Notes under the pieces: generated by a model | What the model saw: only the letters and a program-made list of their open reading frames with translations | What the model was told of the DNA's origin: nothing | Databases searched by the model: none | From: a virus | Taxonomy: Duplodnaviria > Heunggongvirae > Uroviricota > Caudoviricetes | Virus record (IMG/VR): IMGVR_UViG_2706794694_000015 | Length of the DNA: 44,174 nt | Strand: one strand, 5' to 3' | Made by a program: the position numbers and the translations under genes | Part shown: positions 18,635 through 27,901 of the stretch, piece after piece | Numbering within the stretch: the stretch's first letter is position 1 | Layout of the letters: every line of letters begins with the position of its first letter

Positions 18635-19030
18635 GTGGGATTAAAGAAAATCGTTATGTTGACTTTTTGGGTCGGTTTTGTTGCGGGATGCACACCTTTA
18701 CACCCTTCAGATTGCCACAAAACTACTGCTACAGGTAGTTGCAGTTCAGGACGCTGGGATGATCAGGATGAATGGGGGGCGCAAGCGCGGGGAATCAGAG
18801 CTGCAATTAATGCCAAACTTGATGAGCCGCATAACTGGAAAGGGAAAAAATGCAGGTTGCATATGGAATTCTCTCAGGATGGCACGGCGTTAAAAATATC
18901 TACCAGTAACGGTGATAAAGCCTATTGCGAAGCGATAAAGTCCGCAGCTCATAAAGCCAAATTTCCGGCCTTCAACAATCCGGAAGTCTACAGAGATTTT
19001 CAGAAATCTGGCTTTGACATGCGAGGTTAG
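18635..19030 (+). CDS. Paralogous TolA-C-like lipoprotein, 131 aa, GTG start
   Basis: GAGGAG RBS then GTG; lipobox VAGC; C-terminal KKCRLHMEFSQDGTALKI...YCEAIKSAAHKAKFPAFNNPEVYRDFQKSGFD shares the motif pattern of the upstream gene. Confidence 0.7.
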   Translation: MGLKKIVMLTFWVGFVAGCTPLHPSDCHKTTATGSCSSGRWDDQDEWGAQARGIRAAINAKLDEPHNWKGKKCRLHMEFSQDGTALKISTSNGDKAYCEAIKSAAHKAKFPAFNNPEVYRDFQKSGFDMRG

Positions 19031-19281
19031 CTCTTCAATTACTATATCTCATTCATAGCAAACTGACAGATTTGATGATGTTCTATATACGAAACCTGTG
19101 ATGTCAAGTCTGAGCTAATACAAATAAACATAATATCAGAGAAATACATTTTATTAGCTCGCTACGGCGAGCTTTTTATATTGCATCGTCTCCAGCATAT
19201 ATATCAATTAAGGCTCTGATTGATGTGTCTGAAAGCCTACACATAATAACTATGCCATCCGTTCCGTGCGGAGGTGAGGCT

Positions 19282-19497
19282 ATGAAATCCATGGACAAAA
19301 TTTCAACAGGCATTGCCTACGGCACCTCCGCAGGCAGTGCTGGCTACTGGTTTTTACAGTTGCTCGATAGAGTAACTCCGTCACAGTGGGCTGCAATCGG
19401 TGTGCTGGGTAGTCTGGTATTTGGCCTGCTGACGTACCTGACAAACCTTTATTTCAAGATTAAAGAAGATAAGCGCAAGGCTGCGAGAGGTGAATAA
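19282..19497 (+). CDS. S: Class II holin / pinholin (phage 21 S21-like), 71 aa with dual-start motif MKSMDK
   Basis: Within track ORF 19225..19497; [26 protein letters not shown]...[11 protein letters not shown] matches recalled S21; stop overlaps endolysin start. Confidence 0.85.
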   Translation: MKSMDKISTGIAYGTSAGSAGYWFLQLLDRVTPSQWAAIGVLGSLVFGLLTYLTNLYFKIKEDKRKAARGE

Positions 19498-20018
19498 TGC
19501 CTCCATCATTACGAAAAGTCGTTGCTGCTGCTATTGGTGGCGGAGCAATTGCTATAGCATCAGTGTTAATCACTGGCCCAAGTGGTAACGATGGTCTGGA
19601 AGGTGTCAGCTACATACCATACAAAGATATTGTTGGTGTATGGACTGTATGTCACGGGCATACAGGAAAAGACATCATGCTCGGTAAAACGTATACCGAA
19701 GCAGNNNNNNNNNNNNNNNNNNNNNNNNNNNNNNNNNNNNNNNNNNNNNNNNNNNNNNNNNNNNNNNNNNNNNNNNNNNNNNNNNNNNNNNNNNNNNNNN
19801 NNNNNNNNNNNNNNNNNNNNNNNNNNNNNNNNNNNNNNNNNNNNNNNNNNNNNNNNNNNNNNNNNNNNNNNNNNNNNNNNNNNNNNNNNNNNNNNNNNNN
19901 NNNNNNNNNNNNNNNNNNNNNNNNNNNNNNNNNNNNATATGCTGGCGGTAAGCAATGGAAAGGTCTCATGACTCGTCGTGAGATTGAGCGTGAAATCTGT
20001 TTGTGGGGTCAGCAATGA
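19497..20018 (+). CDS. R: SAR endolysin (phage 21 R21-like lysozyme), interrupted by N-run
   Basis: N-terminal signal-anchor-release segment [27 protein letters not shown]...; C-terminus [26 protein letters not shown]; same frame on both sides of the Ns. Confidence 0.85.
   Translation: MPPSLRKVVAAAIGGGAIAIASVLITGPSGNDGLEGVSYIPYKDIVGVWTVCHGHTGKDIMLGKTYTEAXXXXXXXXXXXXXXXXXXXXXXXXXXXXXXXXXXXXXXXXXXXXXXXXXXXXXXXXXXXXXXXXXXXXXXXXXXXXXXYAGGKQWKGLMTRREIEREICLWGQQ
19705..19936. other. N-run (232 nt) inside the endolysin gene
   Basis: Uninterrupted n characters. Confidence 1.
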
Positions 20019-20479
20019 ACAGAGTAACCGCGATTATCTCCGCTCTGGTTATCTGCATCATCGTCTGCCTGTCATGGGCTGTTAATCATTACCGTGATAA
20101 CGCCATTACCTACAAAGCCCAGCGCGACAAAAATGCCAGAGAACTGAAGCTGGCGAACGCGGCAATTACTGACATGCAGATGCGTCAGCGTGATGTTGCT
20201 GCGCTCGATGCAAAATACACGAAGGAGTTAGCTGATGCGAAAGCTGAAAATGATGCTCTGCGTGATGATGTTGCCGCTGGTCGTCGTCGGTTGCACATCA
20301 AAGCAGTCTGTCAGTCAGTGCGTGAAGCCACCACCGCCTCCGGCGTGGATAATGCAGCCTCCCCCCGACTGGCAGACACCGCTGAACGGGATTATTTCAC
20401 CCTCCGGGAACGACTGGTAATGATGCAGGCCCAACTTGAAGGTGCTCAGCAATACATAACCGAGCAGTGTTTAAAGTAA
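20015..20479 (+). CDS. Rz: Rz i-spanin, 154 aa from [12 protein letters not shown]...
   Basis: N-terminal TM segment then coiled-coil region; ATG overlaps the R stop; Rz1 embedded. Confidence 0.85.
   Translation: MNRVTAIISALVICIIVCLSWAVNHYRDNAITYKAQRDKNARELKLANAAITDMQMRQRDVAALDAKYTKELADAKAENDALRDDVAAGRRRLHIKAVCQSVREATTASGVDNAASPRLADTAERDYFTLRERLVMMQAQLEGAQQYITEQCLK
20235..20420 (+). CDS. Rz1: Rz1 o-spanin lipoprotein, 61 aa, embedded in Rz in the +1 frame
   Basis: Lipobox VVVGC and proline-rich mature region ([16 protein letters not shown]) nested inside Rz. Confidence 0.85.
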   Translation: MRKLKMMLCVMMLPLVVVGCTSKQSVSQCVKPPPPPAWIMQPPPDWQTPLNGIISPSGNDW

Positions 20480-20616
20480 AATCTTAACTACAATATGATT
20501 CATTTTGATGATTGTTTCATAAGGAACAGTGAAGTAAGATCTAAGAGGAGTTAAATTTTATACAGTATAATCATAATATTGCAGCAAGGTGGTTATAATT
20601 GAAAGAATATTTAGAT

Positions 20617-22074
20617 ATGAATACATCTCATGTAAGAGTTGTTACTCATATGTGTGGGTTCCTGGTTTGGCTCTATAGTCTTTCAATGTTGCCACCAATG
20701 GTTGTAGCATTGTTTTATAAAGAAAAAAGCCTGTTCGTTTTCTTTATAACTTTCGTTATATTTTTTTGCATTGGTGGCGGAGCGTGGTATACAACTAAGA
20801 AATCTGGCATTCAATTACGTACCCGTGATGGGTTTATTATAATTGTAATGTTTTGGATTTTGTTTTCTGTTATTAGTGCATTCCCTTTATGGATTGACTC
20901 AGAACTTAATTTAACGTTCATTGATGCTCTGTTTGAAGGGGTTTCTGGAATAACAACAACAGGAGCAACTGTAATTGATGATGTTAGTTCATTACCTCGG
21001 GCATATTTGTACTATCGGTCACAGTTAAATTTTATAGGTGGTTTAGGAGTTATTGTTCTGGCGGTTGCAGTATTGCCATTATTGGGTATTGGTGGTGCAA
21101 AGCTTTATCAGTCAGAAATGCCGGGGCCATTTAAGGATGACAAACTCACTCCCCGCCTGGCCGATACGTCACGGACACTGTGGATAACTTATTCTTTATT
21201 AGGTATTGCTTGTATTGTCTGTTATAGACTTGCAGGAATGCCTTTGTTTGATGCTATTTGTCACGGGATTTCCACAGTTTCGCTTGGTGGTTTCTCAACT
21301 CATAGCGAGAGTATCGGATATTTTAATAACTATTTGGTTGAGCTGGTGGCTGGTTCTTTTTCCCTGCTATCGGCTTTCAACTTCACTCTTTGGTATATTG
21401 TTATTAGCAGAAAAACGATAAAACCTTTAATCAGAGATATTGAACTTCGTTTCTTTCTGTTAATAGCCTTAGGGGTGATCATTGTTACCTCTTTCCAGGT
21501 CTGGCATATAGGTATGTATGACTTGCATGGAAGTTTTATTCATTCGTTTTTTCTTGCCAGCTCCATGCTCACTGATAATGGTTTAGCTACGCAGGATTAT
21601 GCAAACTGGCCCACGCACACGATAGTGTTTTTGCTGTTGTCAAGTTTCTTTGGGGGATGTATAGGTTCAACCTGTGGTGGAATTAAGTCACTTCGATTTC
21701 TTATACTTTTCAAACAAAGCAAACACGAGATAAATCAGCTTTCTCATCCCAGAGCGTTGTTGAGTGTAAATGTAGGAGGGAAGATAGTTACAGATCGTGT
21801 AATGAGGTCTGTATGGAGTTTCTTTTTTCTTTATACTCTCTTCACGGTGTTTTTTATACTGGTGTTAAATGGTATGGGATATGATTTTCTTACATCATTT
21901 GCAACAGTGGCTGCATGTATTAATAATATGGGATTAGGTTTTGGGGCTACTGCATCGTCATTCGGAGTGCTTAATGACATTGCAAAATATTTAATGTGCA
22001 TAGCTATGATTCTTGGTCGCCTTGAAATTTATCCTGTTATTATATTGTTTTCAGGTTTTTTTTGGCGCTCCTAA
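20617..22074 (+). CDS. trkG: TrkG potassium-uptake protein (Rac prophage paralogue of TrkH), 485 aa from MNTSHVRVV...
   Basis: Polytopic membrane protein; sequence and length match recalled K-12 TrkG; AT-rich; sits directly after Rz/Rz1 as in K-12. Confidence 0.9.
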   Translation: MNTSHVRVVTHMCGFLVWLYSLSMLPPMVVALFYKEKSLFVFFITFVIFFCIGGGAWYTTKKSGIQLRTRDGFIIIVMFWILFSVISAFPLWIDSELNLTFIDALFEGVSGITTTGATVIDDVSSLPRAYLYYRSQLNFIGGLGVIVLAVAVLPLLGIGGAKLYQSEMPGPFKDDKLTPRLADTSRTLWITYSLLGIACIVCYRLAGMPLFDAICHGISTVSLGGFSTHSESIGYFNNYLVELVAGSFSLLSAFNFTLWYIVISRKTIKPLIRDIELRFFLLIALGVIIVTSFQVWHIGMYDLHGSFIHSFFLASSMLTDNGLATQDYANWPTHTIVFLLLSSFFGGCIGSTCGGIKSLRFLILFKQSKHEINQLSHPRALLSVNVGGKIVTDRVMRSVWSFFFLYTLFTVFFILVLNGMGYDFLTSFATVAACINNMGLGFGATASSFGVLNDIAKYLMCIAMILGRLEIYPVIILFSGFFWRS

Positions 22075-22211
22075 TATATGGCTGATTTATAATTGTGAGT
22101 TTAATATTATGTTGACTCACTCATTGATCCAATACCTAACTTTACCAGCAACACCTCCGCCCCCAGTAGCACTGGCTGCTGGGGTGCGTTTTATTCATAA
22201 AGCAAGGCTGT

Positions 22212-23000
22212 ATGAGCGAGAAATTAAAGATAGTCTATCGCCCATTACAAGAATTGTCACCGTATGCGCACAACGCCAGGACGCACAGTACTGAGCAGGT
22301 GGCACAACTGGTAGAAAGTATTAAGCAATTCGGCTGGACTAATCCGGTGCTGATTGACGAAAAGGGCGAAATTATTGCGGGTCACGGTCGTGTTATGGCG
22401 GCTGAAATGCTCAAAATGGATTCTGTTCCGGTCATTGTTCTGTCTGGCCTGACGGATGAGCAGAAAAAGGCGTACCGCCTGGCAGATAATCGCCTGCCGA
22501 TGAATGCTGGCTGGGATGAAGATCTGTTGCGGATGGAGCTGTCGGACCTAATCAATGCTGATTTTGATGTCTCCCTGACAGGCTTCATCCCGGCAGAAAT
22601 TGATGAACTGTTGACGGATGTTTTGCCCGGTACAGGAAATGAGGAGGAGCCGTATACGACGAAAATTGATACGCCTGTTTATGAGCCGTCAGGCGGTAAA
22701 CCGGATATCAGTGAACTGTACGACGATACGAAAACTCAGGAGCTGATCAGCCGGATACGTTCGGCGTCCCTTGATCCTGATATTGAGAAATTCCTCCTGT
22801 GTGCAGCAGAACGTCACACGGTGTTTAATTTCAGCAGAATTGCGGACTATTACGCTCATGCCCCCGCTGAAATTCAGTGCCTTTTCGAGGAGTCGGCGCT
22901 GGTGATCATTGATTATCAGCAGGCTATTGAAAATGGATTTGTCCGAATGACGCAGCGCATGGTGGAGATCATGCATGGCGGGGAGGAGGAATATGCGTGA
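22212..23000 (+). CDS. ynaK: ParB N-terminal (ParB/sulfiredoxin-like nuclease) domain protein, 262 aa; likely intact YnaK
   Basis: ParB-box-like motif IIAGHGRVMAA; K-12 identity is a recollection. Confidence 0.65.
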   Translation: MSEKLKIVYRPLQELSPYAHNARTHSTEQVAQLVESIKQFGWTNPVLIDEKGEIIAGHGRVMAAEMLKMDSVPVIVLSGLTDEQKKAYRLADNRLPMNAGWDEDLLRMELSDLINADFDVSLTGFIPAEIDELLTDVLPGTGNEEEPYTTKIDTPVYEPSGGKPDISELYDDTKTQELISRIRSASLDPDIEKFLLCAAERHTVFNFSRIADYYAHAPAEIQCLFEESALVIIDYQQAIENGFVRMTQRMVEIMHGGEEEYA

Positions 23001-23925
23001 TGATTTTTGCGCCTTTATTCTGACTCACGGGCGACCGGACAAAGTTCTGACTTACCGGACGTTGCGTCGTGCTGGCTATACCGGGAAAATTTTTATCGTT
23101 GTTGATGATGAAGATAAGACACGGCATCAGTACATGGCTGAATTTGGTGAACAGGTGCTGGTATTTTCCAAAGCCGATATTGCTAGTCGTTTTGACGAAG
23201 CCGATAATTTTAGTGACCGCCGCTCAATTTTTTACGCCCGTAATGCCTGTTTCGACCAGGCAAAACTGGTCGGGTGTAAATACTTCATTCAGCTCGATGA
23301 TGATTATCACGAGTTCCAGTTTCGGGTGGATCGCAACTATGACCAGGCCTATTTCCCGATAAGGAAACTGGATGAGATCCTTTCTGAAATGCTTGCGTAC
23401 TACGAATCAATACCTGCTCTTTCCATCGCTATGTCGCAGGGCGGGGATTTTCTTGGTGACAATGGCGGCCATGCTTCGTGGGTGAAACGCAAGGCAATGA
23501 ACAGCTTTATCTGTTCGGTTGATCGACCGTTCTCATTCATGGGGCGCATTAACGAGGATGTGAATACGTACACGAATCTCGGTCGCTGTGGTGAATTGTT
23601 TATGACGATCGGTGCTGTCCAGTTAGGGCAGAAACAGACGCAGAAAAACAGCGGCGGAATGACCGAGCTGTATCTGGATTCCGGAACCTACGTTAAAAGT
23701 TTTTACTCCGTCATGTATGCGCCGTCGTGCGTAAAAATCTCACTTATGGGTGCCAGTCATAAACGCATTCACCATCAGGTCACCTGGAACAACGCTGCAG
23801 TAAAAATCCTTCACGAAAAATACAGGAAGAAGACACCCTGCATATCAATGGGGGTGACAAATGATTCCGTATTCGAAAGTCGAGTCTCTGGCAGCGTGCC
23901 GGATGACTGCACAACAAATCGCTGA
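22993..23925 (+). CDS. Hypothetical protein with GT-A glycosyltransferase-like signatures, about 310 aa; possibly intact YdaY
   Basis: ATG at 22993 behind GGAGGAGG; FILTHGRPD N-terminal strand and DxD-like QLDDDYHEF motif; overlaps the ParB-like gene end. Confidence 0.55.
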   Translation: MRDDFCAFILTHGRPDKVLTYRTLRRAGYTGKIFIVVDDEDKTRHQYMAEFGEQVLVFSKADIASRFDEADNFSDRRSIFYARNACFDQAKLVGCKYFIQLDDDYHEFQFRVDRNYDQAYFPIRKLDEILSEMLAYYESIPALSIAMSQGGDFLGDNGGHASWVKRKAMNSFICSVDRPFSFMGRINEDVNTYTNLGRCGELFMTIGAVQLGQKQTQKNSGGMTELYLDSGTYVKSFYSVMYAPSCVKISLMGASHKRIHHQVTWNNAAVKILHEKYRKKTPCISMGVTNDSVFESRVSGSVPDDCTTNR

Positions 23926-24112
23926 CGTTCTGGATGTTGATCTGAACCGACTGAAAGAAAATCGGGAAGCAATGACAGATTTTTATGCGGCCATCCGTAA
24001 GGGCAGAGCGAAAGGTGAAGCCGAGTTACGAGCGGCATTGTTTAAGCTTGCCAGAAAAGGGGATGCCTTTGCTCTGCGCGAACTACTCAGGGTGGATAAA
24101 AATCAGGACTAA
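23861..24112 (+). CDS. Small hypothetical protein, 83 aa, immediately upstream of terS
   Basis: ORF in packaging-module position; overlaps the 3' end of the preceding gene; function unknown. Confidence 0.4.
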   Translation: MIPYSKVESLAACRMTAQQIADVLDVDLNRLKENREAMTDFYAAIRKGRAKGEAELRAALFKLARKGDAFALRELLRVDKNQD

Positions 24113-24115
24113 CTG

Positions 24116-25210
24116 ATGAGCAGACCGGACTGGGGGGCGTTGCAGCAGGAGTATATTGCTGAATACACCCGCTCCGGTATATCTCCGGTGGCATGGTGTG
24201 AAGCAAGGGGACTGAATTACGCAACAGCCCGTCGTTACATCAAAAAAACTCCGAAAAATGCGCAGACAGAAATGTGCAAAACTGCGCAAAAAAGTGCGCA
24301 GAAAAAATCTGCGCAGACTGCACAAAAGCGGAACGAAAAATCTCAGGAAAAAAAGCCAGTATTCGATGCGGGCCTGAATGAGGGCGACGCGGAGGAATTT
24401 TCGTTCTGTCCCGATGAATTCGGCATTTCTGACCAGCAGGCTAAGTTTGCGATGCTTGTTGCTCAGGGTAAAAAGCCGACAGAGGCGTACCGACTAGCCG
24501 GTTATGAGGGGCAAGGTGCGACAGCTAACAGCAACGCCAGTCGTATGCTTAGAAATGCCAGGGTTTTTCGCGCTATCAGCTACTTCCGCAATCAGTACCA
24601 GAAACGCTATACCGCAGACCTGGATTTACTAGTGAGTCAGTTGATGGCTATTGTCCTGGCCGACCCCAATCAGCTTGCACAATTTCGCCGTGTTAACTGC
24701 CGTTATTGCTGGGGCGAGAATCATCTCTACCAGTGGCGCGATATAGCAGAATTCGACAAGGCAGCGGCGCAGGCTTCCAGAGATGGCAAACCCGAACCGG
24801 AATATGGAGGCCTCGGCTTTGTTGATAACGCCATACCCAATCCGGACTGCCCGAAGTGCTGCGGTGAGGGAACGGGACAGCTTTATATGGCTGATACCAC
24901 TCTGCTTGATGGGGATGCGCGGCAATTATATGCAGGGGCAAAATTCGGAAAATTCGGCGTTGAGATCCTGCTGGAGGATAAGGCTGCCGCCCGGCGTGAA
25001 TTGTTGCGTTTGTTTTCTGCTGGCGGGGCTTTATGTGCAGATAAGCGGCTACGGGAACTGGAAATTGAACGGCGCAGAATGGAAAACCAGAAGCTGCGCA
25101 AAGAGATCGAAACGGTGGAAGATAATGAACATCCCCAGCCTGTGGCGATCAATATTAATGTGGTTGATGCCAGAGTAAGGAGTGATGAAGATGATCTCTC
25201 CGACGCTTAA
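24116..25210 (+). CDS. Terminase small subunit, 364 aa
   Basis: N-terminal HTH-like region (GISPVAWCEARGLNYATARRYIKK), Cys-rich zinc-ribbon-like segment, immediately upstream of terL. Confidence 0.7.
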   Translation: MSRPDWGALQQEYIAEYTRSGISPVAWCEARGLNYATARRYIKKTPKNAQTEMCKTAQKSAQKKSAQTAQKRNEKSQEKKPVFDAGLNEGDAEEFSFCPDEFGISDQQAKFAMLVAQGKKPTEAYRLAGYEGQGATANSNASRMLRNARVFRAISYFRNQYQKRYTADLDLLVSQLMAIVLADPNQLAQFRRVNCRYCWGENHLYQWRDIAEFDKAAAQASRDGKPEPEYGGLGFVDNAIPNPDCPKCCGEGTGQLYMADTTLLDGDARQLYAGAKFGKFGVEILLEDKAAARRELLRLFSAGGALCADKRLRELEIERRRMENQKLRKEIETVEDNEHPQPVAININVVDARVRSDEDDLSDA

Positions 25211-26492
25211 TGTGCCTCAGGCGCGATTTCTTTCAATGCCCCATAAATTTAAAGCCTATATTGCTGGTTTTGGCTCGGGCAAAACATGGGTTGGGTGTGG
25301 CGGCATATGCAAGGGGATTTGGGAGCATCCAGGTATAAATCAGGGATATTTTGCGCCAACGTATCCCCAAATTCGCGATATTTTTTACCCTACAGTGGAA
25401 GAAGTTGCTGCTGACTGGGGATTGAACGTAAAAATTAATGAGGGAAATAAAGAGGTTCACTTTTATTACGGACGCCAGTATCGGGGAACCACTATCTGCA
25501 GATCGATGGAGAAGCCACAAACGATCGTCGGTTTCAAAATTGGTAATGCGTTGGTGGATGAACTGGACATTTTGCCGAAGGAAAAAGCCAGAACGGCGTG
25601 GCGCAAGATAATTGCACGTATGCGTTATAAGATTGATGGACTTCGCAACGGTATTGACGTTACAACCACGCCGGAAGGATTCAAATTTGTCTACGAGCAG
25701 TTTGTTAAAGCCGTGCGTGAAAAAACAGAGCTGGCCTCACTGTATGGTCTGGTGCAGGCATCTACTTTCGATAATGAAAAGAACCTGCCAGCAGATTACA
25801 TTCCTTCGCTTCTTGAATCATACCCTCCAGAGCTGATTAAAGCCTATCTTCGAGGACAGTTTACTAACCTGACAAGTGGTACTGTTTACCATCAGTTTGA
25901 CCGGAAACTGAATAATTGCGAAGAAGTGGAGCAGCCAGGGGAGCCGATTTATATTGGGATGGATTTTAACGTTGGAAAGATGGCGGGAATCGTCCATGTG
26001 CTGCGTTTGGGGCTTCCATGTGCGGTAACTGAAATCATCAATGCCTACGATACGCCGGATATGATCCGCATCATTAAAGAACGCTTCTGGCTGTATGATG
26101 GGAATGATTACCGGAAAGTGAGGGAAATTTATATTTATCCAGATGCTTCCGGGGATTCCAGAAAATCAAGTAACGCAAGTACGACGGATATAGCCCAGCT
26201 TAAGCAGGCTGGTTTTAACGTTGTGGTGAACAGCTCGAACCCGCCAGTAAAAGATCGCGTTAACTCAATGAATGCAATGTTCTGCAATGCCAATGGTGAG
26301 CGTCGCTATAAAGTTAATGTGAAGCGTTGCCCGTTATATGCCGAATCTCTGGAGCAACAGGTCTGGGATGAGAAGGGGGAGCCTGATAAAAAATCTGGCA
26401 ATGATCACCCGAATGATGCCGGAGGTTATTTCATCGTTAAGCAATTCCCTATTGTCAAACCGACCGGAAGAGTCACATCACTTCGGATTTAA
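25191..26492 (+). CDS. Terminase large subunit (start uncertain: GTG 25182, ATG 25185 or ATG 25191)
   Basis: Walker A GFGSGKTW near the N-terminus; size and position typical of terL. Confidence 0.85.
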   Translation: MISPTLNVPQARFLSMPHKFKAYIAGFGSGKTWVGCGGICKGIWEHPGINQGYFAPTYPQIRDIFYPTVEEVAADWGLNVKINEGNKEVHFYYGRQYRGTTICRSMEKPQTIVGFKIGNALVDELDILPKEKARTAWRKIIARMRYKIDGLRNGIDVTTTPEGFKFVYEQFVKAVREKTELASLYGLVQASTFDNEKNLPADYIPSLLESYPPELIKAYLRGQFTNLTSGTVYHQFDRKLNNCEEVEQPGEPIYIGMDFNVGKMAGIVHVLRLGLPCAVTEIINAYDTPDMIRIIKERFWLYDGNDYRKVREIYIYPDASGDSRKSSNASTTDIAQLKQAGFNVVVNSSNPPVKDRVNSMNAMFCNANGERRYKVNVKRCPLYAESLEQQVWDEKGEPDKKSGNDHPNDAGGYFIVKQFPIVKPTGRVTSLRI

Positions 26493-26494
26493 TT

Positions 26495-27901
26495 ATGGCT
26501 GATATATCAACACCCAACCTCGACTATAACGATATGCTGGAGGCGTGGGATATTAACGACGCACTGATGGGCGGTACGCTTGAAATGCGCAGGCAGGGGG
26601 AAAATTATCTCCCAAAATGGCCTAACGAAGATGAAGACGCTTATAAAAAACGCCTGTCTGTGGCTACGCTACTTCCTGTGTATGAAGAAAGCATCAAGCA
26701 AAATATTGGGCGCATATTTGCAGAGCCGACAGTATTGAGTGAGGAAACGCCGGCAAAAATCAGGGAATATGCAGAAAATATCGACATGGAGGGGAGCCGA
26801 CTGGATGTGTGGGCGCAGCAATTTTTCAGCCTCGCATTTCAGTATGGTGTGGCACATGCGCTGGTGGACTATCCACGAACGGATATGAAAGAGATTCGGA
26901 CAAAAGCCGATGAAAACGCGACCGGTGGTCGTCCGTACGTTACGATGCTGAATCCACGCCAGGTTATTGGATGGAAATCGAAAGTTGAAAAAGGGAAAGT
27001 TGTTCTCACTGATTTGCGTATAAAAGAGGTCATCATTATTGATGGTGATGATTTCGGGCAGAAGAAGGTGGAGCAGATCCGCCATATTATGCCCCGTCGA
27101 GTTGAAATTTATCGACGTAGCGAAGGCACTAATGGCGAATCTGTCTGGACGCTTCATGAGTCATGGAATACCAGCCGTGATGATATTCCTCTGGTAACAC
27201 TGTACACGAAGAAAACAGGATTTATGCGTGGTACACCGCCATTGCTTAATCTTGGCTTGCTGAATATCAAGCACTGGCAAAGCCAGAGCGAGCAGGACAA
27301 TATTCTTCATGTTGCCCGCGTTCCATTGCTGGTGGCCTACGGGCTGGACAGGAATGAAGAACTGACGGTTGGTGCATCCACCGCTACGATTTTTGAGGAC
27401 AGAACAAAAAATGGCCTCGAATATGTTGAACATAGTGGCGCAGCGATAGAATCTGGCGAAACATCACTTGAGAAGCTGGAAAATCAGATGCGTCATGCCG
27501 GCGCTAAACTTCTGCGTGCTGAAAATACATCCACCAAATCTGTTGATCAGACTAATGAAGAGCGAATGCAGGAAAACTCGCCGCTTTATACAATGGCGAA
27601 CTCCCTCGAAGATGCCCTCGATAATATTCTCCAGATAATGGCGGAATGGATCGGAGAGAGTTGCGGTGGCAATGTGGATGTGCGCACTGAACTGGATGTA
27701 TCTGCCCAGGTGTTTGACTCATCCTCCGCGCTGGCTGTTCAGTCATTGCGTCAGGGCGGTGATATACGTCAGATTGATGCGGTTCGGGTGTTGCAGGCGT
27801 TGAAATTTATCGATCAGGATTCCCGTCCAGAGGAAGTGATCGATGAATTAAAAAATCAGAGTGTAATGCTGATGGAAATCAATGATGCAAACCGTGAATG
27901 A
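26495..27901 (+). CDS. Portal protein, 468 aa
   Basis: Large ORF directly after terL, followed by head morphogenesis and capsid genes. Confidence 0.75.
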   Translation: MADISTPNLDYNDMLEAWDINDALMGGTLEMRRQGENYLPKWPNEDEDAYKKRLSVATLLPVYEESIKQNIGRIFAEPTVLSEETPAKIREYAENIDMEGSRLDVWAQQFFSLAFQYGVAHALVDYPRTDMKEIRTKADENATGGRPYVTMLNPRQVIGWKSKVEKGKVVLTDLRIKEVIIIDGDDFGQKKVEQIRHIMPRRVEIYRRSEGTNGESVWTLHESWNTSRDDIPLVTLYTKKTGFMRGTPPLLNLGLLNIKHWQSQSEQDNILHVARVPLLVAYGLDRNEELTVGASTATIFEDRTKNGLEYVEHSGAAIESGETSLEKLENQMRHAGAKLLRAENTSTKSVDQTNEERMQENSPLYTMANSLEDALDNILQIMAEWIGESCGGNVDVRTELDVSAQVFDSSSALAVQSLRQGGDIRQIDAVRVLQALKFIDQDSRPEEVIDELKNQSVMLMEINDANRE

